A program made the translations under genes and the position numbers. 64,000 nucleotides of DNA. Source: Octopus sinensis. Lineage: Eukaryota. Below are positions 12,768-24,349 of this stretch, one piece after another. Under the pieces are notes generated by a model. It searched no databases and was not told the DNA's origin. It saw only the letters and a list, made by a program, of their open reading frames with translations. The stretch lies in assembly GCF_006345805.1 (NCBI RefSeq), contig NW_021833116.1, positions 1-64,000 on the forward strand, given 5' to 3'. Every line of letters starts with the position of its first letter. Position 1 is the first letter of the stretch.

Positions 12768-15150
12768 ATGGGGATCCTGTATCACCAAAAAATAGAAAGG
12801 CAAAAGACATTTCTGCTGACACTAATTCTGATCTCAATATGTGTCTTATCGTTCATAACAAGACTCCACTCCGTCATAAAATTCGAAAGCATAATCCACG
12901 AATTCGACCCCTGGTTTAACTATCGTGCCACAAAAATGATGGTCGAGAACTCATTTTATGACTTTATAAACTGGTTTGACGAGTCAGCCTGGTATCCCCT
13001 GGGAAGAGACGTCGGCGGAACAGTTTACCCAGGCATAATGAGCACATCCGGCCTCCTCCATTGGGCACTCCACTCCCTCAGCCTCCCAGTCCACATCCGT
13101 GAAGTCTGTGTATTCCTTCCTGCCTTCTACAGTGGTCTAATGGCCATCACAGCCTATTTATTTGCCTCAGAAGTGTGGAATAAATCAGCCGGGTTGATCT
13201 CCGCCTTCATAATGAGCATAAGTAGTCCCCTTCCACTCATTTCCAGTCCCCGGATATGTCTCCCGATCAGTTGCAGGGAGTTATGACTATGAATGTATTT
13301 CAATATTTATAATCATGTTTACTCTGTATCTGTGGGCCAGGACTGTCAAGTCTGGGAGTCTCCTTTGGGCAGTTTTTACTGCTTTTTTCTACTTATATGC
13401 AGTTGGTGGAGGTTTATTGACTTGTAGGTGGCTTCCTGGGGAGGATATATTTATGTAATCAACGTCATCCCTCTCCATGTATTCATACTTGTTATATCTG
13501 GTCGATATACTAGTAAATTGTTTTGTGGTTTGGTTTATACATGTTTTATTATCAGCTTATACTACTTTTTATATTCTTGGCCTACTTATGTCTATGCAGA
13601 TACCTTTTGTGGGATTCCTTCCGCTCACAACCAGCGAACATATGTCTTCTCTCAGTAATATTCGTATAATATGTCAGTGGTGTTTCTACTGCTCTGTTTG
13701 GTCGGACTTTTTAAGCATTTGGGGTCACTAAGTGACTCTCGTTGGGCAGCCAAGGTGGTTTTGTTGTGTTTGGGTGTGTTTGGCCTCGTTAGTGTGTTGA
13801 TGGTGGGCGTCCTTACTTATTTGGGTAGTCTTTTTGGGGGTTATTAGTGAAGGGGTTATTTCCCCTTGGACTGGCCGTCTTTATTCGTTGTTTGACACTT
13901 CCTATGCGGCCATCAACATTCCAATCATTTCTTCTGTCGCTGAACATCAGATTTCTATTTGGACGAGATATTTTATTGACTTGCATTTTATTCCGACTGT
14001 TTTTCCGATTGGAATTTGGCTGGCTTTTTCTCGTTTGAGTGATCAAATGATTCTGGTTCTCACTCTGGCTGTCACTTCTGCTTATTTTTCTGGGATGATG
14101 GTCAGACTGGTGATTATTCTGACCCCAATTTCCGCGATTGTGTCATCCTTTGCCTTGGAGTCCGTTTTCCGTAGAATTTCTCGATCCCACCGAACTGAGA
14201 AAAATTCATTTTTTTCATTCTCGATGGCCACAACTTCACTTTTTGCCGCGATTGCGTTATTTGTTGTGCACAGCACGTGGATTACTGCCGTGATGTATTC
14301 GGGGACTTCGATCGTGCTGGAAGGAAGCGGACAGGACGGGTACTGGTCAGTCAACTATTGGCAGAGCCCACCACATTATCGACGACTACAGAGAGGCCTA
14401 CTACTGGCTGGGAAGGAACACCCCAAAGGACTCCAAGATCATGTCCTGGTGGGATTACGGATACCAAATAACGGGGTTTTCTAACAGAACCACCATAGTG
14501 GATAATAATACGTGGAATAATACTCATATTGCCACTGTACTGTTCTCCTAATCAAATTAGGTGGGCAAAGCTATGGCCTCCAATGAGTCACGGGCTGCCG
14601 AAATAGCTCGGGAATTGGACGTGGATTATGTTCTGGTGGTGTTTGGGGGATATTTGGGGTATGACTCGGACGATATCGCCAAGTTTCTGTGGATGGTCCG
14701 AATATCCGAAGGGGAGTACCCTAACGAGATCCACGTGCCCAATTGCCCGATATTTTAGGAAAATGAGTATTTTGACTCGGAGGGGAACTATAACATTGGA
14801 AAGGGCGTTTCTGAGAGGATGAAGTCTTCTTTGATGTTCCGACTTTGTTACTACCGTTTTCATAACAAGCTGGTAGTATTATACATATATTAAAGACTAA
14901 TGGATATGACAAGTCGAGGAGACAGATGGTTGGGCATGTAGTCAATGAGTTGACTCACATGGAGGAGGCATTTACGAGCGAGAATTGGATTGTGAGGATA
15001 TATAAAGTTAAGGATCTGCCTTTTCGTGTCAGACTTACATATAAGCCGACATTTCCAATAAGTCTGCCAATGTCTAGAAAAGTAGATTTGTGTGGTTGTA
15101 ATGTGTAGAATTCGAGGACCACTAAGGGGTCCATTTATGGAAGAGGGTGA
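12768..15150 (+). CDS. STT3: Oligosaccharyltransferase catalytic subunit STT3 (STT3B-like)
   Basis: [33 protein letters not shown] and DNNTWN motifs; continuous frame after removing ~10 introns of 23-28 nt. Confidence 0.96.
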
Positions 15151-15799
15151 TTGTCTGGTTTTTTGACTTTATTTTTGGTTTAAACTAAAGTTTATTGGGA
15201 TAGTTTTATTGTTATGTTTGTGCTGGTGTTGGGGGTTTTGTAGTTGCTGATTTTTGAATTAGGTGGTCTGATTAGACACAAAATATATTTAAAATTGTAG
15301 TATCTTCTTGGGAGATTTCCTAACTGAATTTTCAACTACACTGAATTTAAAAAATATTTCAATTAGAGCTGTAATCTATTTTAGACTAAATTATCCAGGA
15401 ATAGTTTTCATTTAGAAAAGAATAACGACGTCAGCAAAACTACAATTTATTGATCTCTTATAATCAATGATTGCTGTATTCCTGATCAAGTTGCAACAAT
15501 CGCTTCAACTAAATTTAATATAGTGCAATTTAGATTTAAAAACGTTCAAGGTCATTAGAATGAATCAGCATTTCAACATCAACAATATGTTGATCTGTAG
15601 GAAGCATGTAATTAGCGTCTCTAACAATCGATTGCATAAAATTCGTAGCGGATTTATTATGTCCATTCACTTGGATATACCTTTCCTTGAGAACCAAATT
15701 TGCTGAGGAACATCAACAAATTATTATTTCCCACTCCAATAAAGTTCTCTCAAAAATGCACGTCTATTTTCTTGAATAAAATTGTCTATCTCTCCGCCT

Positions 15800-15890
15800 T
15801 CAATTGTGTACTTTCATCTTTCTTCCACTTTTAATACCATAGATTCGACACAAATTTAGATAGATACACCTTACAACTTTTACGGGCCTG
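15800..15890 (-). mobile_element. Short relic of an R4-like element C-terminus
   Basis: VVRCIYLNLCRIYGIK resembles VVKCIHLHLCRTYGIK of the intact ORF at 17-20 kb. Confidence 0.45.
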
Positions 15891-15959
15891 TGTTATAAAT
15901 AGAGCGGACTAGGTACCAAAGTTAAAATTTAATAATAGTAAGTAAATACTGTTATCATC

Positions 15960-16570
15960 CCAGAAACTGGAAATTTGATTGGGTAACCTTTCGACCTGAG
16001 ATTACAAAAAATCTCGTAAACTTGGGCATTCAATTCGTGTCCAATTGTCGCTTTGGATGTTGAGAAGCCTTGAGCTAGGATTCCTTTTCTTGCTGGCAGG
16101 TATAGCATTCTTTTAGAGATGTTAAATCTTTCTCCTTAAAAAAATAAAACAGAAAATATTTAGGTCAGTTTTATCAAAGACGACTAGAATATTATAACCC
16201 TAGTCGATGTAAATATACAAATTTTCTGTAATTTCATCAATTCGTTAAAATAATTTAATTTAAATGTCACAAGGTTGAAGTATTGCTGTCGTATTTTCAG
16301 AAAGATATTTAAACGATTTATATTTGAATAATTCTCAGTTTTATGGCACCCAGCATTATCCAAAATTAAAAAATTTCTTCTTCGATATATTATCCCGTGT
16401 TGAAAATTTTATTTGTCATCCACGAATTTTTTGAATGAATACATAGGATTCCTATCCAACATATCGAAATCTCTTAGCAACGATGAAATCTGAATTTTTT
16501 AATAACCAAAAGTTACATTTTTCAAAATTAAATTTAGACATCAAAGAACTCTGGCTCTTTCTTTATTGTG
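15960..16570 (-). mobile_element. pogo/Tigger transposase relic (DDE and CENP-B-like HTH fragments, scrambled order)
   Basis: SKNSWMTNKIF, LILDNAGCHK, NTTAILQPCD; separate fragment ELNAQVYEIFCNLRSKGYPI. Confidence 0.7.
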
Positions 16571-17053
16571 TTCAATTCAATTGTTTAATTTATAATGTTA
16601 ACTAAATTTTTTAATTTTTTTGCTCGTGAACTAACTAAGTGGACTGACTATTGCTAATTTATAAACAAAAAAATCAATTATAATCAAATAACGAATAAAT
16701 TTACCCTACAAATATAAACACATCAAATTAATGTACAGAAATTTCAAAAATGTTATCTCTACGGACTATCCTCCATCCTGAATAGCTTAAAATATACGTT
16801 CACGACTTTAGTTCAAAAATGCCTTTTATTTCTGACCATAACTCGTCTCAAACGCGATTAATTTAGCATTGTTCAAGGTCGACTTTAATTCCTTTCAAGA
16901 GGCATTTTAAAAAAGGTATTGAAGCACACAACATCCCAGATGAAAAGTCTGCCTCCATGGAAAGATATAGCCATTTAGAAATTATTTTTTTAATTCAATA
17001 AATATAGCGTCACTATAAATAACACATCAACTTTAATAACTGCTATGAAACTT

Positions 17054-17066
17054 ATTGGATACTCCT
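17054..17066 (+). repeat. Target-site duplication ATTGGATACTCCT, left copy
   Basis: Identical to 20691-20703. Confidence 0.92.
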
Positions 17067-20000
17067 AGTGTTGTTGTGGTGCTGTTCATGTCCGTTTTTC
17101 TCGATAAGAAGAAAATGAATCCCATGGGCCCTCCTGCAGAAGTAAATTATAAAAAAGATATGGTGGATGCAGGAACGATGTCTCTGGGGCTGGATAATGC
17201 CACAAGAGCTTATATAAACAATAACCCTACGTTTGGAAGTCGTGTTGCCAATACTAACTTTCACACTCTTTCTGCCATTATTGAGGATGTCGATTGTGTC
17301 TCTAAGAATGAATGGGTGTCACAGGCTGTTCATGCCACCAGACAAAGACTGGGGAGAATACCCAGAGGTGGCTGGAGTTTTATCCTTGAAAAGTTCAACG
17401 TGAAATTTTCTGAGAGTACGAGTCTAACCAGATTGAAAAATATGGCCAATCTCAAACCAGTAGTTGGTAACAATAATGAAGCTGGTGGATCTAATAGCAA
17501 ACAATTCCCAACAAGGGAACAAGTGGAAATCTCCAATTTCAGAAATTGCCTGGAAGAGATTAATTTCCAAATTAAGGAAGTTAAATCGATACCGAGAGAG
17601 GCTCGTAAGCCTACATGGAAAATTCCAAGAAAATATGTCAAAGCTGATATTTTAATGGGATTAAACTCTGCAATATATCATATTACAAAGGACGATCCAC
17701 CTCGAGATATCAATGCAATTTGTGATATTTTATATGCTGCCCAGTGTGCCTACTCAGTCTTAACTAAGAAAGTTAAGCCACAGACCACATGGTTGGGAAA
17801 TACCGAGGCGAAGATCTCAAAATTATCCGCAGAACTAGAACTTGTAAATTGTTACGTAAGACAGGCTCTGCCACAGTGTGAAAAACAAAATGTGATGGAT
17901 ATTCTATGTCGTTATGGATATAAAAAGAAGAAAAAAGGAGAGCTTTCGAGAATCGAATCCTTACTACATGACCTAATCAGAGTTAAGAAAAAACAAATTG
18001 CTGTATATAACTCGAGGAAGGACTTCCGTAAGGACAATGTTTGCTTCGAACTAAACAGAAGAAGATTTTACAGAAACTTATCAAAGAGTAATGAAGTCAC
18101 AACATACTCTTTTGACGATGAGGAGTGCATGTCGTTCTGGGAAAAAGTATGGAGCAAAAGGCGCGAAATATCCGTGTCACTGGACAATGTTAGTAAAAGA
18201 ATAACCGGCAGTGAAGACATGTTGCCAGATTTAACAAATAATTACATAATGGAGATCATTAAATATCTTCCTGACTGGAAGGCACCGGGATGTGACGGAA
18301 TATATAATTTCTTCATTAAAAGACTAGAATCTCTGCATGAATTTTTATGTGTTGAAATCAAGAAAATAATCAACGGTGATTACATGCCAGAAAACTGGTT
18401 TTATACTGGAATTACATATCTAATTCCTAAAAAGAACGATTGTGAGACCCCGAAAGATTTACGGCCTATAACATGCATGTCGACACTTTATAAGTTAGTT
18501 ACCAAGTGTGTTAATGGAAAACTGTCTGAGTTCATGGATGTATTTGGCTTAATTTCCGACAATCAACTTGGTACGAGGAGACAGTGTCAGGGTGCTAAAG
18601 AACAGGCCCTTATTAACCAATGCCTAAATAAAGAGTATGGAAATGGGCTATACTCTGCATGGATTGATGTCAAGAAGGCTTTCGATTCTGTTGACCACGA
18701 CTTTCTATTTCATGTGTTGGAGTGCTCTGGGATACCTGTATGGATTGTTAACTTTGTGAAAAGGACTGTACGAATGTGGACTGTAAAGCTCCATGTTGAC
18801 GGAAGGAGAATTGGTTCTGTAAAGTTGAGCCGAGGGATTTTACAAGGAGACTCGTTATCTCCGCAACTGTTTGTTATGGTGATGGACCCACTAAGCAGGA
18901 TTCTTAATGCCATGTTTCCAAAGGTTCAGATTAATCAACAGGACCCAAATATGTTGACCTATTCTACTAATCATTTGTTCTTCATTGACGACCTAAAGAT
19001 ATTCGCTCTTAAAGAAGATGTAGTAATTAAAATGATGGAAGCTGTTGATGGATTCTTTAAAACTGTTGGCTTGGAGATGAATTCAGAAAAGTCTGCATCA
19101 AATGTCAAATCTTTATCTTGTTGTGAGACTTTGGAAGGAGTCAAAGGATATCGCTACTTGGGTGTACTTGAAGATGCAGGAAGTAATGTTCTTAAGAGTA
19201 AAGTAATGGATTCTATCCTTGGAAATGTAAAGGAAAGGATAACCATGCTTTCAAAGACGAAATTAAATGCGGTAAATTTATTCCACGCTATAAATGAACA
19301 TGCCATTTCTCTATATAATTATTACATTGGACTCATTAATATTGAACCTCATGAATTTGATTGTATTGACCGTCAAATACGACAACTTCTTACGACTCTC
19401 AGACTCCATCTCAAACCTGCAAATAAAGAGAGGTTATATTTAAATCGGAAATCTCTTGGGAGAGGACTTGCTTCAGTCTCTTTCAGAAGTGAACTGATAC
19501 TTTTCCAGTTCATGAAAAGTTTAGAAAGACAGTCGACAGTATGCTTACGGAGATCGGGAATCCTGCGTGTGATACAAATAAATAAATGGCATATGGCCAC
19601 AATTGCAGGATTTCTCGCCTCCAAGTATGCAATTCTCGACATGGAGAATTTGGGTGTTGAATTTATCAAAGATGCTCAAAGAAAATATTTGCTTAAGAAC
19701 ATCAATTGTAAAATGCTACATTCGGTTCTATTCAAATGCATGGACGAACAAAATGTTGATCTAGCCACATCCTCAGAGTGGTTATCTAAAGGAAATAATG
19801 GTCCACGGAGTGAAGCATTGTACTGTCTCTTGCAGGATAGGAATTTGTTCTTCACATCCATGGGATCTTTATGCAGTCACTGCAAAAAATGCAAGAAAAC
19901 AGTTGATCATTTGGCTACGCAGTGTGGAAAGATGTTAAACAGTGATTATCTGCGGAGACACAATGAAGTTGTGAAGTGCATTCACCTTCATTTGTGTCGA

Positions 20001-20690
20001 ACCTACGGTATTAAGAGAGGAAGCAAATTAAAGACTCATTCTGTTCAGTCCATATTATCGACGCAGAATGTTGAAATCAGAGTCGATATGTCAATCATGA
20101 CGGAAACTAAAGTTCAATCCAACAAACCAGATATCTTCGTGTATGACAAAACCAAACAAGAGATAACCTTAATTGAAGTTGGCATCACGTCACAAGATCG
20201 CCTCAAACAAGTAGAAATCGAGAAATTTCGTAAATATGATCTGCTCGCAAACGAACTTTCGATACTTTATGATGCAAAGGTAAAGATTATCCCGGTTGTC
20301 TTGACCTGGGACGGTGTTGTTTCGAGATATTTCAAAAACTATATGGACAAATTATCGATCGAAAAAGCCACAAGAATTTACATTCAGTCTGTTGTTTTAA
20401 AAAGGACTCTAGAAAACATGGTAGTTGAACGCAGACATGGAGTGAGAGTATCTGCCGAAGAATACACCTCTGCTGTTTACCAGCTTGCAGAAGTGGCATG
20501 CTGCCGTGACACGCCGGTGAAAGCTATGAGACAAATAGAAAATTTATCTGACTGGGAGATTGAGAGTGAGGAGGAACCGGTTGCAAACTCTTCTCCTAAA
20601 AGGAGGAGAGAGATTTCCAATAATGAGAATCTAAATTAAATAGTCTAGCTTAAGTTAAATTTTGTTTCTTTTAATAATAGACTAATATCA
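17067..20690 (+). mobile_element. Intact ~3.62-kb R4/Dong-like non-LTR retrotransposon (RT + CCHC + restriction-like endonuclease)
   Basis: Uninterrupted ORF to 20639; RT motifs WKAPGCDG, RPITC, IDVKKAFDS, GILQGDSLSP, FIDDLK, YRYLG; C-x2-C-x8-H-x4-C knuckle; RHNEV / KPDIF / LIEV / KFRKY; flanked by a 13-bp direct repeat. Confidence 0.92.
17088..20639 (+). CDS. Single ORF of the R4-like element (first in-frame ATG at 17088), intronless
   Basis: The ORF track gives 17055..20639 (1194 aa from a TTG that lies inside the TSD). Confidence 0.9.
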   Translation: MSVFLDKKKMNPMGPPAEVNYKKDMVDAGTMSLGLDNATRAYINNNPTFGSRVANTNFHTLSAIIEDVDCVSKNEWVSQAVHATRQRLGRIPRGGWSFILEKFNVKFSESTSLTRLKNMANLKPVVGNNNEAGGSNSKQFPTREQVEISNFRNCLEEINFQIKEVKSIPREARKPTWKIPRKYVKADILMGLNSAIYHITKDDPPRDINAICDILYAAQCAYSVLTKKVKPQTTWLGNTEAKISKLSAELELVNCYVRQALPQCEKQNVMDILCRYGYKKKKKGELSRIESLLHDLIRVKKKQIAVYNSRKDFRKDNVCFELNRRRFYRNLSKSNEVTTYSFDDEECMSFWEKVWSKRREISVSLDNVSKRITGSEDMLPDLTNNYIMEIIKYLPDWKAPGCDGIYNFFIKRLESLHEFLCVEIKKIINGDYMPENWFYTGITYLIPKKNDCETPKDLRPITCMSTLYKLVTKCVNGKLSEFMDVFGLISDNQLGTRRQCQGAKEQALINQCLNKEYGNGLYSAWIDVKKAFDSVDHDFLFHVLECSGIPVWIVNFVKRTVRMWTVKLHVDGRRIGSVKLSRGILQGDSLSPQLFVMVMDPLSRILNAMFPKVQINQQDPNMLTYSTNHLFFIDDLKIFALKEDVVIKMMEAVDGFFKTVGLEMNSEKSASNVKSLSCCETLEGVKGYRYLGVLEDAGSNVLKSKVMDSILGNVKERITMLSKTKLNAVNLFHAINEHAISLYNYYIGLINIEPHEFDCIDRQIRQLLTTLRLHLKPANKERLYLNRKSLGRGLASVSFRSELILFQFMKSLERQSTVCLRRSGILRVIQINKWHMATIAGFLASKYAILDMENLGVEFIKDAQRKYLLKNINCKMLHSVLFKCMDEQNVDLATSSEWLSKGNNGPRSEALYCLLQDRNLFFTSMGSLCSHCKKCKKTVDHLATQCGKMLNSDYLRRHNEVVKCIHLHLCRTYGIKRGSKLKTHSVQSILSTQNVEIRVDMSIMTETKVQSNKPDIFVYDKTKQEITLIEVGITSQDRLKQVEIEKFRKYDLLANELSILYDAKVKIIPVVLTWDGVVSRYFKNYMDKLSIEKATRIYIQSVVLKRTLENMVVERRHGVRVSAEEYTSAVYQLAEVACCRDTPVKAMRQIENLSDWEIESEEEPVANSSPKRRREISNNENLN

Positions 20691-20703
20691 ATTGGATACT
20701 CCT
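20691..20703 (+). repeat. Target-site duplication ATTGGATACTCCT, right copy
   Basis: Identical to 17054-17066. Confidence 0.92.
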
Positions 20704-21050
20704 TTCTTCCGTTGTTGCCAACACTCATTTTTGTAATTTACATAGAAGCTCGATTGCTGTTTCCAGCGAGAACTGTCAATTCATTCCATACACACGTGAC
20801 ATATAATATCTTGCCGTGTTTATCCACATGAGCGACAATAGACGCACTAATCTTATCCCAAACTCTGTAGTATGTTGGACATGTTTGAAAATTGGGCACT
20901 GGGAGCATATAAAAAAATCAATCGTATTAACACTCTAAAAACTGATCCAAAATTGATTCATTTATGAAAATGAATCCTTGAAATGTATTTGCAACTTTTG
21001 TTGAGAAGATTGTTGTGTTGAGAATTTTGTTGAATTTCCGGCATTTTCAA
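20704..21050 (-). pseudogene. Duplicated segment, copy 1 (continues at ~17000-17053 across the retroelement); possible decayed exosome Csl4/EXOSC1-like sequence
   Basis: Clear DNA similarity to 24350-24670 and 25165-25210. The minus-strand peptides NTFQGFI and YRVWDKISASIV...YVTCVWNELTVLA resemble Csl4 NSFRGTI / FRPGDIVLAKVI...NELGVVVA from memory only. Confidence 0.35.
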
Positions 21051-21229
21051 TTCAGAGCAAACAGCCATTTTATTTTTGCTGCAAAAAATGTTTTTTAACA
21101 GTTTAACTTGATTGACACTAAATTTAATACTTGGTTTTTTAGGAAATAGGACGTAAAATAAAGACTTTAAAAAACTTGCAACTTTATCCTAAAATCGTTC
21201 AAATTTCTTTAAACTGAAAGTCTCTTTAT

Positions 21230-21560
21230 AAAAGTCTGAAGAAGAGATTGTGGAAAGATTTATTAATTGTCTAATGAATACAAATGTGAAGCTTACTGAG
21301 TCTTTCCGGTGGTTTATATGTGAAGAAATGCTACGTTTGTTCGAGATCGGAACTTATTTTTCGAAAAACCGAATTAAAGTGCACTCATTCCAACATTGTA
21401 AAAAACATTGATTATTTGGCTACAAAATGTGACCGAATGCTCATCAGTGATTATTTTTAGAATTCTACAAAAGACCGGTTTAATAAAAAAGATCCCAGAA
21501 AGTATTCGAGTTGAGTACAGCTGTGGGTGGATGACAAAGATGACTGTCAGCAGATTGAGG
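21230..21560 (+). mobile_element. Degenerate R4-like C-terminal relic
   Basis: MNTNVKLTESFRW, VRDRNLF, IDYLATKCDRMLISDY and SIRVE align by eye to the intact ORF's zinc-knuckle region. Confidence 0.65.
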
Positions 21561-21871
21561 TCAATGATTTGTTCGACATTACAAGATTGAGGTCAATGAT
21601 TTGATGAAGAATTCAAAGAACGACGCTTTAACGAATGACATGACGAGGACAATAAAAGGAGGTTAAAAAATGAACAGAAAGACTCTCAACTCTAAAAATC
21701 TTAGGATGAAGAAGTTTTTGCAGAAATAATAAGAATAGTTCACAAAAATGACGTAAAAGTTGAGAATTCCATCTTTTATTAATTTGATATGAATTAGTTA
21801 TTTTTATTTAACTTTATCATAATTTTTATTACATTAAATTATAAGAATTAAATTTATACTGTTCTCATTTA

Positions 21872-23793
21872 ATGACCTCAAATACAGCTGTGTTATTCTC
21901 TCGCATTCGCGAATTCATAAAAGATGATAAAAATTTAGAAAGGGTACCAAATCATATTTCCACTTGTCTTCAAAATATTTTTTTTGATACGGAACTTGAA
22001 AAAAAACTTTTTGACCTTTACGAAAAGGCTCCTCAATTTGACTGTCATCCATCAATTCCTTTCAATGGCCTTCGAAGTTATTTCTCTATTTTGGATAAGT
22101 CAATCAAACCAATCTATGACATAACCGTCGAAATATCCACAGAAAAATACAACAGCAAAGCCCAAACAAATAATCTACGTCAGCACGTTGATATTCTAGA
22201 ACAGATGCTAAAACTGGCTGATGTGATGGACCTACTTGTGTCTCCAAATACAAGCAGCTCCAATCCTCGGCAAATGGAGCAAGTAATCGAAAAGATAAAC
22301 CAAGTTGACCAAACTGTATTTTTTCGCTCAAAAATGGCATTTTTTGTAATATTGATTGATAATTTTCGAGTTTCCAAGTGCCTTCCACAAACCTTTAAAT
22401 CTCTTGGCTTCATTTTTTGTGGCCTGTCGAGTCAAAAATACGGCGACGAAAGGTAATTTTTTATCAAGTATGTTCGACATTGCAAGATTGACCAACTCCG
22501 ACTATTTTCTCAGATCGAAATTTGTTTTTATTCATTTATTCACATAGATTGCTTTTTTTAATAATTTTGTGAACTTGCAGGCAGTTACTGATGTTTGGAA
22601 TTTAACTGAAAAACCACTGTTTACTGTATTTCTAGTTCTTATTCAAGTTTTTTCTTAACAATTTGAATCGCCTTTCATTTAATAAATTGTTCGATGGTTT
22701 TCATTCCCCAAAAATCAATGACCTATTTTTGATACACCCTCCTGAGGGGGATCCCGTGTCTGTCCGACTTATATCTTACAATGTTCTCTATTTGTTGTGA
22801 TTTTATTAGTTTTTTGATAAAGAAAGTGTGTCGGAGAATATTTCTGACGATTTAATAATTCACTTCCATGGGGGAGGGTTCATCGCCCATACATCTGCCA
22901 GTCACTTGGTGGTCTCTTATTTCGTATTTATAGACATATTTGACTGCGTTAAGTCGAGCTACCAATTTGCCCATTCTTTCTGTTGACTACTCGCTTGCTC
23001 CAACGGCTCCATTCCCAAAGGCGATTGATCAATGTTTCTATTCTTACAAATGGGCCCTTGAAAATCTTAAATTTCTTGGTATGTTAAATTATATTAATAA
23101 ATATAGGCACTAGAGGTCGAAAAATTATTATGTTCGGTGATAGTGCGGGTGCGAATTTGGTGTTGACAGTTGCGGCTAAAACTATAATGGAAGGTCTACG
23201 TAAGCCAGATGTGCTTTTTTGGGCATATCCTTACTTTTCACTGTCATTGAATGCAACTCCTTCTCGTTTTCTCTCAGTTGTTGATTTTGTTGTCTCATTT
23301 TCGTCAAGTTATGCTGCTATTTCTGGTTCTTTTTATTGAAAATTTGGCAGCATATTTGAAGGTTGATATTCGTTCCGAAAACCAGCGAGTTCCTCAATTT
23401 TCTGGTTTTGATTCGGACACTATCGATTCCATGTTGTCCAAATACAATCTGGGGTATTGGATAGGCGACGTTGCATCCAAAATTCTGGACGAGGACATTA
23501 GAAACGACCCTTGGGTCTCTCCAGCTAATTTCAGTGATGAAATACTGAGGACATTGCCTCCTGTTAGAATATTTGTATTAAGCCCTAATAACCGAGAATA
23601 GGTGGGGAGTTATGACTCATTGTTGGATGATTCGATTTTTATGGCAAAGCGTCTTTATGATATTGGTCACAATGTTCAGCTTCGCGTCATTGACGGATTT
23701 CCTCATGGGTTTTTACACTTGTACGGAATTGCTGAAGAAATTGACACAGAAATCAAGATTGCGTTTGACAGTTTTTCGGAATTTACTAATTAA
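21872..23793 (+). CDS. LIPE: Hormone-sensitive-lipase-like alpha/beta hydrolase
   Basis: VWNLTE, IIHFHGGGFIA, SVDYSLAP.APFP, GDSAGANL, DSLLDDS and PHGFL motifs; micro-introns. Confidence 0.88.
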
Positions 23794-24349
23794 CTATTTA
23801 AAAGTTTAATGTCTTCTAATAATTGCCTCAATTAATATTCATACCGAGTATTTTTTTAGTTGTTTGCCTGTTAAGCGATGAATTTCCGATTATACATTTT
23901 TTCCATTCGGTAAGGACTATTGTTTTCTTGCTGGATTAATATAAAAACCATTCAAATAAAAAATATTTATTGTAACGATTAGCGTTGTTTCTGGTTTTAT
24001 TCCACGAGGACAGACAGCGAGTTATGTAGTAAAATAATTATTCTTATTTAATGCTGTCAAGATCAGAACTAATTTTCGGTTGGCTTAGCTATCTTACTAG
24101 CAGGTATGTTGAATCGATGATTTTTGTCCATATTAACGGTAGCTAATTTTTTATAGATTGAGGCTATGACGATTCACAAATTTTTTTAATAATGAAAATC
24201 TTGTCAACATGAATCAATTTTTTTTATATTGCATTTTTTAAAATATTATTTCTAGCATTAACGACAAACTTTCCAGGATCATTTGGCAGTTTTAATGTTG
24301 TTGAATTGCATAAAATGACATTGTTTATTAATTCAATAAAATTACATCA

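Noticed and set aside
20704-20760. SL RNA or snRNA as the R4 target (ATTTTTG Sm-like site)
   Set aside because: No splice donor or snRNA similarity, and the motif is not conserved in the paralog at 24430
22453-22486. Possible 16-nt intron in LIPE (similar candidates in TYW3 ~60410 and SLC34 ~62510)
   Set aside because: Each has an in-frame alternative of normal size (34, 25 and 28 nt), so ultra-short introns are not required
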